Counted from the first letter of the stretch, positions 12,934-33,000 are shown. The stretch is DNA of 64,000 bases from Auanema rhodensis (GCA_964057225.1 OZ059896.1:10292001-10356000), one strand, 5' to 3'. The notes: generated by a model not told the origin, from the letters alone. Numbers and translations are program-made.

Positions 12934-13579
12934 TTAGTCATAATCTGCCCATGAGTATTTCATCTGACTTTGTTTCATTTCATCGGTACTCATGTCGTTC
13001 GGAATCATGAAAAACTCTCTCATCTCTTCAATAGTTTTGCCCTACAAAACGTACGAATAATATTATTAATAATGAACAACAACCTCGATCATATCGGCAA
13101 TTTTTTGGGTAATAACGTTAATTAAATTGGGTATCTCTAAATAATTAGCAGCCTAAAAATAATATAATTTTTAAAAATAAAAGAAAACTTACAGTTAATA
13201 TATTCATCAAATCCTCATCAGGTAAGTCTAGAAATTGTTTTTCCTTTTCCGATAATACAAATCGTTTGTGCATTGCAAGATCCGAAACTAAGGGAGCATC
13301 CGCATTCTCTATCATAAACTCAGTAACCTAAAATAAGCATATATTATATTCTAGTTTATCAATTCTATACTTTAACAAGCGTTTTTGCGTCAACAGCTAA
13401 TATTGGGATAACAGTACTTTCAAGAGCCTCATCAGATAAATTTAAGTTCTAAAATTAAATAAACTTGAGCAGTCTGAACCATGATTTACCTGAACCATAT
13501 TAGTTAATGTTAGTGACAATCTTAATGAATTCCTAGGAATTTTAATAATCTGTTCATCTTTGCTTCGCAAACTAATCAT
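12934..13579 (-). CDS. Skp1-related protein (divergent skr paralog)
   Basis: Five exons: MISLRSKDEQIIKI..., IPILAVDAKTLVKVTEF, AANYLEIPNLINVITQKIADMIEGKTIEEMREFFMIPND (Skp1 POZ and dimerisation motifs). Confidence 0.88.
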
Positions 13580-14241
13580 TCATACAGCTATATCTAAATG
13601 ATGATAATGACAACTGAATATTTTATTTTAAAAACTATTCAAACAATTATAAATCAAATTCATACAATGTACCGACTGATACAGAAAAATGATGTTATGG
13701 AAGAATAAATTGACGATATAAATACATTATAAAAAATACTCAAAAAAAAACAGTGTACCTGATCGTTTTAAAAGGAAAGGTGCGGGAAGATAATAAGTTT
13801 CTTTATCGTTTCTTTCATATGTTGTTGGCGTGTTTCATAATTAATTTTATTAGTACTTTTGTAACAAAATACACACACACTCTCTCTTTCTCTTTTTCAC
13901 TTTATGTATTATATGAACAGGTCTCTCTCTCTCTGACTCTCTCTGACTCTCTCCCTTCCTTTCTCTCTTTCGCCTTATGTATTATATATACATGCATCTA
14001 TTTTTTATATATATATTACTCAATTAAATTGAGTTAAGAAAAGATTTATAATAATAGTTGTACCTAGTTATTTCATATTTTGAGATATGTCAAACAATTT
14101 GACATATTGTATAGCTTTCTTGATCTCTGAACAACTTTCTCAAATAATAATACTTGTTAAATCAGTAACTATTGTACGAAAGATAATTTATAGGTATAGA
14201 AATAAATATCTGAAGTATCTACAAAGAAAAATTTGTTAATT

Positions 14242-15309
14242 TCATAAAATTGGCTTTTCAACAGAATTAACTCTGTAATATGTATCATCTTCTGGATTAT
14301 AATAACAGTCGAAATCCGCGTCGTATACCAAACCAGCTAATTGCACGATCCCTTCATTTTCACCTGATCTAGTCGATGATCTCATTTTCTCATGTCTAAA
14401 TCCGGATAAGCGATTTTCCCTAAATTAGCTATTTGTCTAGAAGTATCAAAACTTTCTTGGCTTACATATGTGAAACTGCATTTTCTCTAATTTTAGATAT
14501 ATTTGATGAATCATCCTAAATATTCATACTCATAAAAATCAGTTTTCTTTTAAACGCACCTGCTCCAACTGTCTCACTAAACTTTTACGTCTTCTTTGAA
14601 TAGTAGATGTAGTCGATTGCAGAAGACCGCTGTCATCTTCGTCAGATTTATCTTCAAATTCGTGAATGTGCAATTTATTCAACTTTTTCGTTGTTGTATC
14701 AAACGAATATCTATAAGAAATTGGAACCAATTATATATCATACGTTCTTAACATACTCTGAGCGACCAATACTACGCAACATTGCTAATTCTTCAGGATC
14801 GTCAATGGGGACCAAATTGGCGGTCTCAGTTCTTGCGAGTCCTGCGGATCGTCTCACTGAATCACAATAATTTTTAAAAAGTCTCTATTCTTGAAATTAC
14901 TGGAAGCTCTCCCATACAGAATTTTATGTGACGATGTTTGGACAGTTGTTTCTTCATCAGGAAGAGATGTAGTGTTTTTCATGTGCGACAGTCTGATCTC
15001 TGGTCCAGCTAGAGCAGACGATATCCGGGCTTGAAGAACTCTACTAACATATTCTGCTGAAAGCGATTGAAAATTAAAAAAAAAAACTTTTTTTTAACTC
15101 ACGGTCGGGTGTCATTGGTTTATGAAGAGGCTGATGCTGATCATTGAATTTATGAGGATATCTAGATTTCTTTTATAAAATGATAAAAAGTCGAAGGAAT
15201 ACCTCCGTTCATGCTTAGAAGGTGGAGCGCTTTGAACACGAGACCGTTCAAAAGAGGAAGTTATTCTTGAAGAGGACGAAGATGCTGATCCAACTCTTTC
15301 TTGATACAT
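14242..15309 (-). CDS. Hypothetical low-complexity protein with C-terminal aromatic OCRE-like module
   Basis: Spliceable GT-AG exons from MYQERVGS...; last exon ...GLVYDADFDCYYNPEDDTYYRVNSVEKPIL*. Confidence 0.6.
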
Positions 15310-15873
15310 AGAAAACTATGTTCTGTATATAATATAATATTTATTTACATATATATAGATTTATTACAAAATTATCAATTGAATGAACGAAACACAAATC
15401 ATTAATGAAACCAAATATAAAATATGAACGAATATTTCTAAATTGTTACATGTTATGCAATACATTTCTTTTTCCTTTTCATACATACATATATTGTCTA
15501 ACAACAGAAGATATAATACAAATACGTAAACTCAAAATTGAAAAAAGAATATATAACAAAATTCCGAGGTTCTGAAGCTGCTGCTGTTGTATATTTCGCC
15601 TTCACATTACCATGACAACCATATGTAGCAAGTAAAGAAATAAAGGCAGTCTTCTAAGGTTGACTAAATGGGTGTTTTAAATTCGTTCAATGCTAAATCT
15701 TCAAGCGGAAAACTTGTGAATTTTTATGTCGAAATTGTGGCATATGTTGTAGGAGAATATAAATATAAGGAAATACAAATATACACAAACATTTACACTC
15801 CAAATTACATGATTCTGTTGTAAATAATAAAAACAGGGACACCAAATTACATTTTATATATAAATTCCGTATC

Positions 15874-16494
15874 TTATTTGAGCTGTTTATCTTCAAAGCA
15901 TACCTAAAAACTAAAATGCGATAATGCCTGGAGATAATATAACCTTTAATCTATATTGGCCTTGGGGTGGTCCATAATGCTCATCCCAAACCCCACTAGG
16001 GGAACAACCCTCTGGTGCAGGAATGTGATAAACTCCAATATGATGATTAGCGGGGTCAGGTGCTCTACCGATAGGTCTGCAACAAACTTTTGCTTAAGAC
16101 GAAATAAGGCATTCATACAAATAAGTCAATCTAACAGGTACTGTAGAGCCAGCTTCTATTATAGTTATAACAGGTCGAATTCGAAACATGTCATTATTGG
16201 TGCATTTAACCTAAAAGGTATATATTAAGTATATGATGAAGTCCTTTCATAATGCTCATGGTAATAAAAATCCTACTTTTACGCACTGATTCGTATTAGT
16301 TTTATTCGTGATTTTCAGCACTGTATCAATTTCCTTCAAATAATTTCCCTCGAAACGTATCTGAATTTATAATTCTACCTATTTTCACAACTTTTTGAAA
16401 ATTCTATACTATCGAGTTTCCCTGTTTATAATTATTAAAATATTACTCTATCTTCAGGCTCAAGTGAAATAAACGCAGGCTTCAATGACCCCAT
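15874..16494 (-). CDS. MSP (major sperm protein)-domain protein
   Basis: Five short exons missed by the ORF track: MGSLKPAFISLEPEDR|IRFEGNYLKEIDTVLKITNKTNTNQCVK|VKCTNNDMFRIRP...|...HHIGVYHIPAPEGCSPSGVWDEHYGPPQGQYRLK|VCFEDKQLK*. Confidence 0.85.
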
Positions 16495-16827
16495 GCACAA
16501 CCGACGAATTAAATTAATCTGTTCAAAATAAAACTAGTCGGAGTTTTTAAGATTATTTAACATTAATTGATGACTGATCACTTTTACAGTTTAGGTGCTT
16601 GAAACTTAATTTAATATTCCTTCTTTTGAGTAAAGTTTACTTTTCTCCATCTCCCTGAACTAGTTATATGGTATACGCAGGCTCCTTAGCGTGAAATTTC
16701 TAAGAACCTTACTGAGCGTGTGATATGCCTTTATTTATCTTGAGCACTTTCTTTACGAATTATTTTTCAAGCTATTTGAGCATACTATTTTTATTAATTA
16801 ATGTATCGTTTGTAGAGAAAAATCAGA

Positions 16828-18216
16828 ATGGACTTCCTAGCAGCAATGAAAGAAGAGATGAATAAAAAAAGGAAACAGATTGAAGGGCTAACTGTCGAGG
16901 TATCTCAAACTTAAATAACATTTTTGTAAGTTATAATAGATGAATGGGGCTAAAGTTCTTAAAAGAGCGGATGTGCTGGAAAAAGAAGAACAAGAATATT
17001 ATGAAAAGCAGAAGCGGCTTAAAACTGAAGTTAAAATAGTTAGTTTTTGTTTACTACAAATCATTTTAAGTCATGTATCTTATATTTTTCAGGAACAGGA
17101 ACCTGACTGTAGTAAATCTCAAAAGCGAAAAGAGGCTGGCTCAAGCCAAGAAAATCCTGAGAATAAGTTGCCTTTGAGCGAAATTCATAAGCGACTCCGT
17201 ACAAGAGGACAGCCAATTATTCTTTTCGGTATGTATTGGAGTTAAGGCGTAAATTTTTATATATTTTTTATAGGCGAGAACGAACAAGATGTCCGGGATC
17301 GTTTGTTAAAAATAGAAATTGAACAACCTGAGCTGCAAGAGGGCTGGAAAAATGATTTGGAATCTGCTATGAAAGATGTGGATAATGACTTAGTTAAGGT
17401 TTGGTATTATTTAGTTTTATACACAAAAACTCTCTTCATCAGGAAGTAATAGAAGGATCTTCGGGAGAAAAGGGCAGACACGATGTCGATATTACAGATG
17501 ATACTTACACATGGGAGAAGATTGAGCATCAGGCTACTTTGCTTGGCCTAGGTAATGATTTATTAACCCTTGGTTTGATTATGTATTTTTTTTTCTTTTA
17601 ACAATTTTTTCTATAAATACTTTAAGGTGATGACGCAAATCGAGATTGTGAAATTGTTTATTCATTTTTCCAATATTTATTAACACGATGGGGTAAACAA
17701 TTGAATCAAAGGGATGATGAAGTAAAAAAATCAGCTGCTGGTCTGTTATTATTAGTTTCTTTGCAAAATAATTGAATTTAGGTAAGCATGAAGCTTCAAT
17801 TCACAAACAAACTGCCACTCATTTGAAACCTCTCATTACCTCTTTAGAAAAAAAAAATATCAACAACGATATTCGCCATCATTTGACAAAAATTTGCAGG
17901 TATACAGAGTTATAGTATTTTTTTAAACTTCGCGTACAATTTCAGAATATTAATTTTGGAACGAAATTATATAACGGCAAATAACGCTTATATGGAGATG
18001 GCTATCGGAAATGCTCCATGGCCTGTTGGAGTTACTCGCTCTGGTATTCATCAACGTCCCGGCTCAGCTAAATCATATGTCTCAAACATTGCCCATGTTT
18101 TAAACGACGAAACACAACGAAAATATATACAAGCATTCAAAAGATTGATGACTAGAATGCAGGAATATTTTCCTACCGATCCTTCGAAATGTGTGGAATA
18201 TACCAAATCTCAATAA
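16828..18216 (+). CDS. prp-18: Pre-mRNA splicing factor PRP18
   Basis: [14 protein letters not shown] (PRP4-like motif) and [29 protein letters not shown]...[21 protein letters not shown]...[11 protein letters not shown]. Confidence 0.95.
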
Positions 18217-18693
18217 AACAAAATAATCTTATTAATTACTGTTTCTCTGTATGCAAGATGAAATGATAATTAAATATGTATCAGGCAGTGGATATTACAA
18301 AAAAAATATAAAATACATTTATTTCAAACAAGCTTTGCGGAAGATTTGTTTTAAAATCTGGGATAATATTTAACTAAAAATTCGTAAGGGTAAGCAGTAT
18401 ATTCTCTATATTAATCTGTGGATAAGAGATTGGGTCTCTGAGTACTTGTTAAATGGTTAGTTTTTGGGATTTTTGAAGATATCACAATATACCTAATTAC
18501 ATCATTATATATTGGCTGGTTGAATTAAAGTAAACATGTACTATAATTCCACTTTGCGAAAAAAAGAACTCATAACTTATCATTTACGACATAAAATTAA
18601 GAAAAAGTGATTTTGATAATACCAGTAATATTGCTTTACAGAATATACGGGATGGATACATCAGCTCAAAAGTTCAAGCCAGAATTGCAAGCA

Positions 18694-20244
<1,551 letters not shown>

Positions 20245-20329
20245 TTCTGAATAAGAATTCAATATAAACAATGAGGATAAATCGAAGTAGAATGGATACA
20301 GAAACCATGTTAAATGAGGAAACTTATTA

Positions 20330-20341
<12 letters not shown>

Positions 20342-20394
<53 letters not shown>
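20342..20394. repeat. (ATT)n microsatellite in the pmk-2/pmk-1 intercistronic region
   Basis: Uninterrupted ATT run of about 17 units. Confidence 0.95.
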
Positions 20395-20412
20395 GGTAAT
20401 AAATATACATGA

Positions 20413-20432
20413 GAGATCGAAGATGAGATCAT
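20413..20432 (-). promoter_or_regulatory. Two adjacent miR-58/80/81/82 (bantam family) seed sites in the pmk-2 3'UTR
   Basis: mRNA strand reads ATGATCTCA-TCTT-CGATCTC, i.e. an 8mer for miR-80/81/82 (UGAGAUCA) and a 7mer-m8 for miR-58 (UGAGAUCG), about 100 nt after the stop codon. Confidence 0.75.
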
Positions 20433-20532
20433 AAACAAATTACAAGCTATATGAGATAAAGTAAGCGCAAAATTTAAATAAATTAAAGACATTATAAGAT
20501 CTAATAAAAACTAAATAAAATCAGCGATTTAA

Positions 20533-22433
<1,901 letters not shown>

Positions 22434-22686
22434 TCTACCAATAAAGGCAATGACACCTAATTACCATACAATCATTTTGTCGCCTAGGAAGAACATATAA
22501 AATACTATTTTACGACGATTAAGGTATAATTAGAATCAACTTTTGTACTGAAAATTCAAATGTAAAATATTTTAAAACTTTACGGAAGGCATAACATATC
22601 AAGAAAATATATACATTTAAAAACAATAATAATTAAATTATTAAATATTCAAAAAATAACAAAATCTTATCACATCCATTTTAAGT

Positions 22687-24356
<1,670 letters not shown>

Positions 24357-24846
24357 ACTTTCAGATTGAGCCAATGGTGCTCTGTTATTGAAAACAGATT
24401 CCACAAACGAAACTGTAAATATATTTTGATCATTTTTATCGAATCACACAGGTCAATCAAAACAATATATCAACACTTCGCCTAAGCTCAAAATCATGTC
24501 AGGAACGTATGTACTTATACAGTGAAAGTAGAGTAGGAATTAATAAAAGAAGTAAAACCCTACCCTTTTCTTTGCGATGATACAAGCACGATGAGCAAAT
24601 ACCCATACGAAGTAGGATCTATAATTATATATTTCTCTAGCTAAAAAGAAACCGAAGAAACATTAAGCGCTGCTCGACATAAGTAGATTTTGTTGTCAAA
24701 GTAATAGGCTATTATGCAAACCGAAAAAAGTAAAAAATGTAGAAATTTAGAAAAGATGTTTCAACTCAATAAAAGTAATCCGGACATATACCTTTGAAAT
24801 TAATTAAAAGAACGATAAAAAATATTTATTCCAAATGTTTTTAAAA

Positions 24847-26314
24847 TTAGATTTGGCTATTTTCTCTATCTCGGAGTTTACTACTCCGAGATCTGTTTGA
24901 TCCTGCTCGATGTAGTGGCCCCATGCTTTTAGATCTTTTTTGAAAACTATCTTCTGATTGCCGTCTAGTGCTAACACTACTGTTCCTCTTGTGATCCAAA
25001 AAGCCTATACTGCCTTCAATTACTCCAGAATGATATCTAAATCAAATACAAAAGCGTTAAAAAAAACATAAAAAGCATAACCTGGCTAAGCTTGTAGCAC
25101 GTAGGGTATTATAAGGACTAGCTACAAATATGTTGCTCGGAGAGCGACCATGAAGTGAAAGCGTTGAGCAACCAGGAATTCTAAATTTCTGAGATACAGA
25201 TGAAACGATAGCAAAATAAGCATACACAGGAGGATAGAGCTTCATTTCATCATGAGGCCGAACGACAGACGAATGAGCATACGGATTTTCTAAAACAGGA
25301 TAAGCAGGAGGTGGCAAAGGCTGGTAAGGATGTTTCTCAAATATAGGTGCACATGTCTAGAAATAGAGGAATATATTTTCTTATACTTTATGAAGTACCG
25401 GATAATATGTTGTGATTGTGGTGAGTCGAGCTGGCTCATCATGTTTGCGAGTGTGATGCAGATAGAGTTTGAAAAACTGCAAATACTTGAAAAGGGGTAT
25501 TAGTGAAAATTAAGATACATTGGATGTAACAAGAGCATATATAAGAGATATTAAAGCTAGTAATATTCCCAAAAGAAGCAAGATTGGCCCAGCAATTTGA
25601 ATTGGAGGAGGTTTTTTTTTACGATCAGCTGACCATGTCCAAAAAGGAGAGTCATACATAACAAAAAAGCCCATGTAAACCTGAACATAAAATTTTTTTT
25701 ATTGTTTCAAAATATTAAAACAAACCATTAGCATGCCACCCAAAATCATAAATACACCAAAAGCTGCTGTACAAATTAACGAAGATGATCCGCGGAACTT
25801 ACTAAGAAAATTTAGTTTCATTCGACAAATTTTGAATCGAGAAAAAACTTGCTTTGTTCTATATGGAAAAAAACCAAAGTGAGCAGGATATAGAACGTCC
25901 CATCCCTTGGGATAATAATAAAAATAGGGATCTCTCTGAGCCATTGGTCCGAAATGCAAAACTCGCTGATTACCTAATAGTGCGAAACGTTTTTTTTAAA
26001 AAGTTGTGATATTGATGATACCTTTCCATTGAGAAGGATCTAATTCTCCAACTTGCACCATTTCATCCTTCTTGTGTGTTACTTGGTGTAACTTATCTAG
26101 ATTAAATAATGTTTAATGTGCAACAATAAAAAAAAACTTTGCGCTCTTCGCTTCTTTTTTTGGTGTTGCCGTTCCCCATGTTGAGTAAAAAACAGGTGGG
26201 TTCTCACTCTGTCTTGATGTGCAGCTCCACCAGGACCCGCAGATCGTCCTCGTTTTCCTCCTAGCTATGAATTAACAGTATGGAATAATATGGAAATTTG
26301 ATGAGTCATACCAT
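24847..26314 (-). CDS. islo-1: ISLO-1-like two-TM SLO-1 adaptor
   Basis: Two hydrophobic segments (ICTAAFGVFMILGGMLM..., IAGPILLLLGILLALISLIYAL), Pro/Tyr-rich tail, class I PDZ-ligand-like end (-ENSQI*). Sits directly upstream of pmk-3, as C. elegans islo-1 does. The name relies mainly on synteny. Confidence 0.65.
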
Positions 26315-26888
26315 TATTCAAGCGGAGAAGAATGCAGAGAATACTACGTTATTCTGGCAAACAAAAGACGAGGAGATTTCACATGCAGCTGAGTGTATGC
26401 TAGTTCAATTTTGTGTGATAGTAGTCTTATGCTTTGAAGAAACATATGGTTCATTTTGAGAAGAAGCTGAAGAAACAGTTGGCCTAACGGCAAATATATT
26501 ATCTGCTCCAATGCTAATCGAAGGTTTTGCTCCATGGACATTCCGCCCATACACTTTTAAACACCTTTATTGTTTTGTCCTCTTGTTAATTTTTCACTTT
26601 GAATTCTGTTATTTCTTTTTTTTCTTGACATAATTCATAATATTATAAAAAAATCGAATAGTAAAAATGCAAAATTATTTTAATAAATAAAAAATGCAAT
26701 AAATAATACACTATGAGTTCTTGGCTTAGTTACGGTAATGCGTCAAGCATGAAATGCTGTTCCGTCTTCATAATAATTATTCTTGTATTTTCAACTCTTT
26801 TTTTACATATATATTCTTCAATATATTTTTAAATATGCAATTAGTATAAATTGTTTTATCAGGGTTCACCTAACTGTTGGGGGAAATT

Positions 26889-28073
<1,185 letters not shown>

Positions 28074-29003
28074 AGTGATTGTGTAGTCAATAGATTTAAT
28101 TTTTGTTCTACACTTAAGTAATATTCTGTATACGATTGTCTTAGACGTTTATAGAATGGATAAAGATAATTAGGTATTCCAGTTGTTATTAAGAAGTTAT
28201 CCTCCAAAAAATGAAAAATGCCAGAGAATAGCGTGATGACTGAAAATTATTTAAAATTATCGGTACACGCACAAAGATGACTATTGCTGTAGAACAAACC
28301 TTGATAAGGGTGCTGTTTGTTCAATCCTGCAAGTGTACACAAGAATATTGATTGTTGAAGAAACACTAGTTTTCATGAGCTTGAGTGGAACGAATTCAAA
28401 GCTTCAAATATGATTCATTTGTGTCTTGTTTCAAATATATTTTGGTTACCTATCCTCTCCCCATTCAACTCAGTTCATAAATGTAGAAACTTCCTTCCAC
28501 TTCTAATGTTGAACCAATATGGTGGCAACATGCTGATTGCTGATTGCAAGCAAGTATTGTTCGGTTTCGGTTGCTCACAATACTGACTATAGAAATGAAT
28601 AAATTTTATCCTGATGATACATCCAATGACCGTCTATAAACTAGAATATAATCGATAGACGTCACCCACTGTTTCCAATACCTGTTTTTATTCGTGTTTC
28701 GGTTGTTCCACATTTAACTAAATGCCCTTGTGCCTTCGTGCTTTATGCATTACAACCCTGTATACTCGCAATTTTTAAGATGTTTTAAGCATTACGTGGT
28801 CGAAATTGATTATTAACAAATTATTTATATTCAACAAAGCATTCAATATTTCTGTATCTCACACGGTTCATAGTGTCCTATTGAAAAGGGTTAGCGTTCG
28901 TATATAGTTAGTCACACTGTGTATTGATAGTCGTTTTTCGTATTTTCATCTAAGTCTATGTTCAAGCTTTTTTTTAGTTCTGATTTAGATTTTTTCTGTT
29001 GTC

Positions 29004-29977
29004 ATGACTCCTAATATATCAGTTTTTAAATATCCCCTTGGAGTTATTCGTATAGCCGAATTTGTAAGTCTTACATGTTTTACCAAAAAAACATAATTTG
29101 TTTAATTAATTTTGCCAATAATTATATTTTAAGATTTTCATAGTAATAGCGATTGCTGCTGTGAATAGTTGGTCAGTAAGTATTACTGCTGGATGTCCCA
29201 ATAATGTTAAAAATGTTACAATTGATACGCACACATTTACGTTAGTTTCTTCAATTTCTGACAGTCTTTTATTGTTTTTGATTTAGACTTTCTAATGTTA
29301 ATGTTATGACATGTAATGGTACTCAAACAGCATTTTGGAATTCGGAAAATAATGCTGGAGGGTAAGTTATTGCAAACGCCGCGTAAATTAATAAGCTATT
29401 CCAGAAGCGCTGGTTTCTTTTATTTCACTAATGTCACTGCTCTGATATATGTTCTTCTCATAACATTTGTTTATGTGATATTCTGGGAATTATATCAAAA
29501 TGAGAAAAGAATTGCTTTAGCGGTATTTTTTTGTTTTATGACGAGTTGGTTTGATTTTGTTTCTATAAAATAGGATCTTGGTGTAACCGCTCTTCTATTT
29601 GTTTTCTTTTTCTTTTGCTCTTCCATATGGTGGGCCGGATCAAACACAATAGGTCGAGCAACAAGGCAAGTTTTAACTTGATTGTAATATGTTACATTTA
29701 TTCAAAAAGTGCAGTTTTCTAAATCAATGAATTGCAGCGAGGAGGTCATTAACGGCAACTTAATTAAAAACGGTTTCTCGGAGCATGCTTTGATCCGTGA
29801 TACTAATAACGGAAAACTGGCTGTTTCAGTAGTATGTTCACTTTACTTTATAATATATACAGAGATCATTTTTAGATCTGTGATTGGGCTTGTGTATTGC
29901 TTTTTGCTTTTAACTGTTGGTTTGTATGGAAGGAAATAGTTCCTAGACCAGCTGAAAATCCAAGCCAGATTGCTTGA
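29004..29977 (+). CDS. sph-1: Synaptophysin-family MARVEL protein
   Basis: MTPNISVFKYPLGVIRIAEF, four TM segments, SSIWWAG, FNCWFVWKE; adjacent to isp-1 as in C. elegans. One GC-AG intron (29666-29737). Confidence 0.85.
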
Positions 29978-30076
29978 TCAACTTTTTAATTTAAAATTTC
30001 TTTTATTATTTCATTATATGAATATATCTTTTTTAATATAAATTTTTATATTTCCAATTAAATTTAAATTAATAAA

Positions 30077-33000
30077 CTATGTAAGAGATCGTATATCCTG
30101 CTCGACCTCAGCATTATTTATAGAATCCAAATCAGGGGAAGATAGTGCAAAATCATGTAATTTAAGTGAAGTAGTTGCCATATGAACCTTGAACTTATAG
30201 ATTATTCACCTAGAAAAGTGAAAGCAAACCTTGTGAGCAATCTTTTCATAATCTTCATCATTTACATATAAAGCAACAGCTATCTTTTTCGGGTGAGGAT
30301 GCGGGAGAATGTCACAATCAAACTGAATAATCAAATATAATTTTTGAGCTTCAAGGGGCATTATTACCAAAGCTCGAATGGATGACGCAATGACGGTTTT
30401 CTTGGATTCGTTCTTCAATACAATAGTGAATATCATCAAGTTTTTACATCTATAAATAGGTAGCAGGAACAACGTTATTACAAGAGCTCTATTAATACCT
30501 GTTGGTAATTGCATATAATGTATCACCTATCTGAATTTGCCCATTGAGCATGATGGCCACATGAGAAGCATTTTCTCTGACAGTACAGATTCTTGAACAG
30601 CTAGTCATAACAGATGCTTTACATACATCACGCAATTCAGTAGTTATTATTCTTAAATTTGTTTTATTTTTCACAATAAGTTTTTAAGCTATTACCTGAT
30701 AGTTTCCGCTTGAATCGGCGAAATAAACATATCAATGTCATCTATTAATAATACTGATGGCTTACTAAGTATTGCTAAACCAAAGGAAAGCATTTTTTTT
30801 TCGCTTAGTCTGTATATAAATATGTTAGGATTTTTTAAGAAAAATGTATTGCTTACGAAAAATGTTCCACATAGACATCTTCGAGATTTGCTAAATCCAA
30901 AATGCTGAGAAATTCTTGAGCAAACTTTTTGGAAGTAGAGTATCCATTAAGTCTGGCAAAAGCGATTATTGTTTCCAGCCCTGTCCATGATAAGAATAAA
31001 CGTATATCTCGAGGCACATATCCTATGTTCTGAGAAATGATTAATAAATATTGTAACTGCTATGATTACCATTTGAAGATCAGCGATGTGTCTATCGATA
31101 ACTATATAACCTGAATGAGGGTATTTTTGAGCAGAACATAATTCCATCAAGGTTGATCGAGATTCGTTTGTATCTCCTAAGAATAAATAATGCAATGCTA
31201 ACAGTCCAAATGGAAATTACCACAAAGGTAAAGCGATTGGGATTCAAACAAGGATAATCTACAGGATTGTTCAGAAACATTTGACAAGGGCACTGATTGG
31301 ACTTGCAGTACTGGTATGTTCTCCATCTCTTTATCTCGTAAGTCCCATAAGCTGTTATTTGATATTTCCACCTCAAATTCATACATAGAAAACTAACAAA
31401 TCTCAAATTAACAAACATTATCTTTTGTGTAGTTCCAAACTTCACTTATCTTTTGTTCAATTGTTCGACCTGTCTAAAGGTATATCTCTTAATTGGCAAT
31501 AAGCTGTTCTAAACATACAGGTCCTATAGAGGTTGTTTGTCCATTAGTTTGACTTTTCTCCAATGAACATGCATTATTATTTCCGGAATATTGTTTCGGA
31601 AATAGTTTTGATAAAAAGCGGTATAACTTTTCATTTTTGTTATTTTCTTTCATTTTTTCATTCTCGCGATTAGCTTTTTTGAATTTAAGAAACTCTCGTT
31701 TCTTGCGCTATAATATTCAAATAGAAGAGATCTAGTTATTATAAACTAAAATTTCAGTTAATTGTTTGAAAAACACAAACCTGAAGCCAAAATTCAAATA
31801 TGTTTTGATATCGCCGCATTGAACCTGAATACATGAAGAAAACGAAAAACCATATACACAAATGAAGTGCCGAAAGTTGAAATATAGATGATAGACGATC
31901 TAAAGAATAATTTAGCAGAACATAAAAATTTTGAGAACTGCTCAACTGTATTGCATGCTGTTTGAAGAATTACAAACATATATGCCATTAACAAAAGCAG
32001 GCATTAAGGGTGGAAATAGAAGCGCCATGAAAGCTACAAAATTAACCGACCACTAAAATAAAATATTAAATTAAAAATATAAAATAAGAAGAATCTATAC
32101 CTCATATCCAGGTCCAGTAGATATACTGAATAAATATGGCAAAATAGGTAAGAGTATTCCACCTAAAGAAATAAATGCCGACAAATATGCTACTCTATGG
32201 TTTGTAGCAGTTAATGCGCTAATATATACAATTGGTATAGCAGATAAATATGACAGTGCACAAGATATGATGGTTATCCTAAAATAGCTAAAGTTTTGTG
32301 AAATCAAGATATAAGATTACCACATGGACATTAAACATGTTCGAGGTAATATGAAGACGGCTAAACTGATTATTAATAATCCAAGGAAAATTATAAAATC
32401 CACGAAGAATATTGAAAACCAATATGATGGAGCTTTAGCGCCCAGAACGAAATTGGTAGGAATACAATTGTAACACTTCAATTCTGCCATAAACAGAGAG
32501 GCTTGTAAAGTGCAAAATATAAATAGCATCCCAACAATGAACATATTTAGCCAGTTCTCGGATCTATATAATTATCAGATTAGTCAAATAAATATCGTAA
32601 AGTTGAGCCTACATTGCTCCCAATAAAGCCGGTATTGGTATGGCACTGCCAGTATATTGTTTTTTCACATATTGAATCAAATCTCTCCATTGAGGTGCAT
32701 AAATAGTTTCAAGTGTTAAATTCGAAACTAAAATAAATAATAAGAATTTACAATTTAATTGAATTTACCCCCTCTAGGCGACGCATAAGAATTGTAATAT
32801 TCTTGTAATATTAAGAAATCACTAAAACGAGCAAACTGGGAGACACAAAGTTTAATTGAAGAACCTTTAAAAAAGCCTAAAATTCTATGACGATTAGAAA
32901 AACATAGTTGGCTAAGTAAACCTGATATAATCTGAGAAGAATGATGGAAGTTTGAACAATCATCAGTACTGTCGATACTTTTGCCGGATAGTTCATCTGT

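Noticed and set aside
15956-16090. GC-rich segment resembling a structured ncRNA (RNase MRP/P-like)
   Set aside because: It is a minus-strand coding exon of the MSP-domain gene and lacks the GAAAGUCCCC P4 motif.
16233-16289. ATGATGA...CTGA C/D-box snoRNA-like pair
   Set aside because: Antisense to, and overlapping an exon of, the MSP-domain gene; too short and no good terminal stem.
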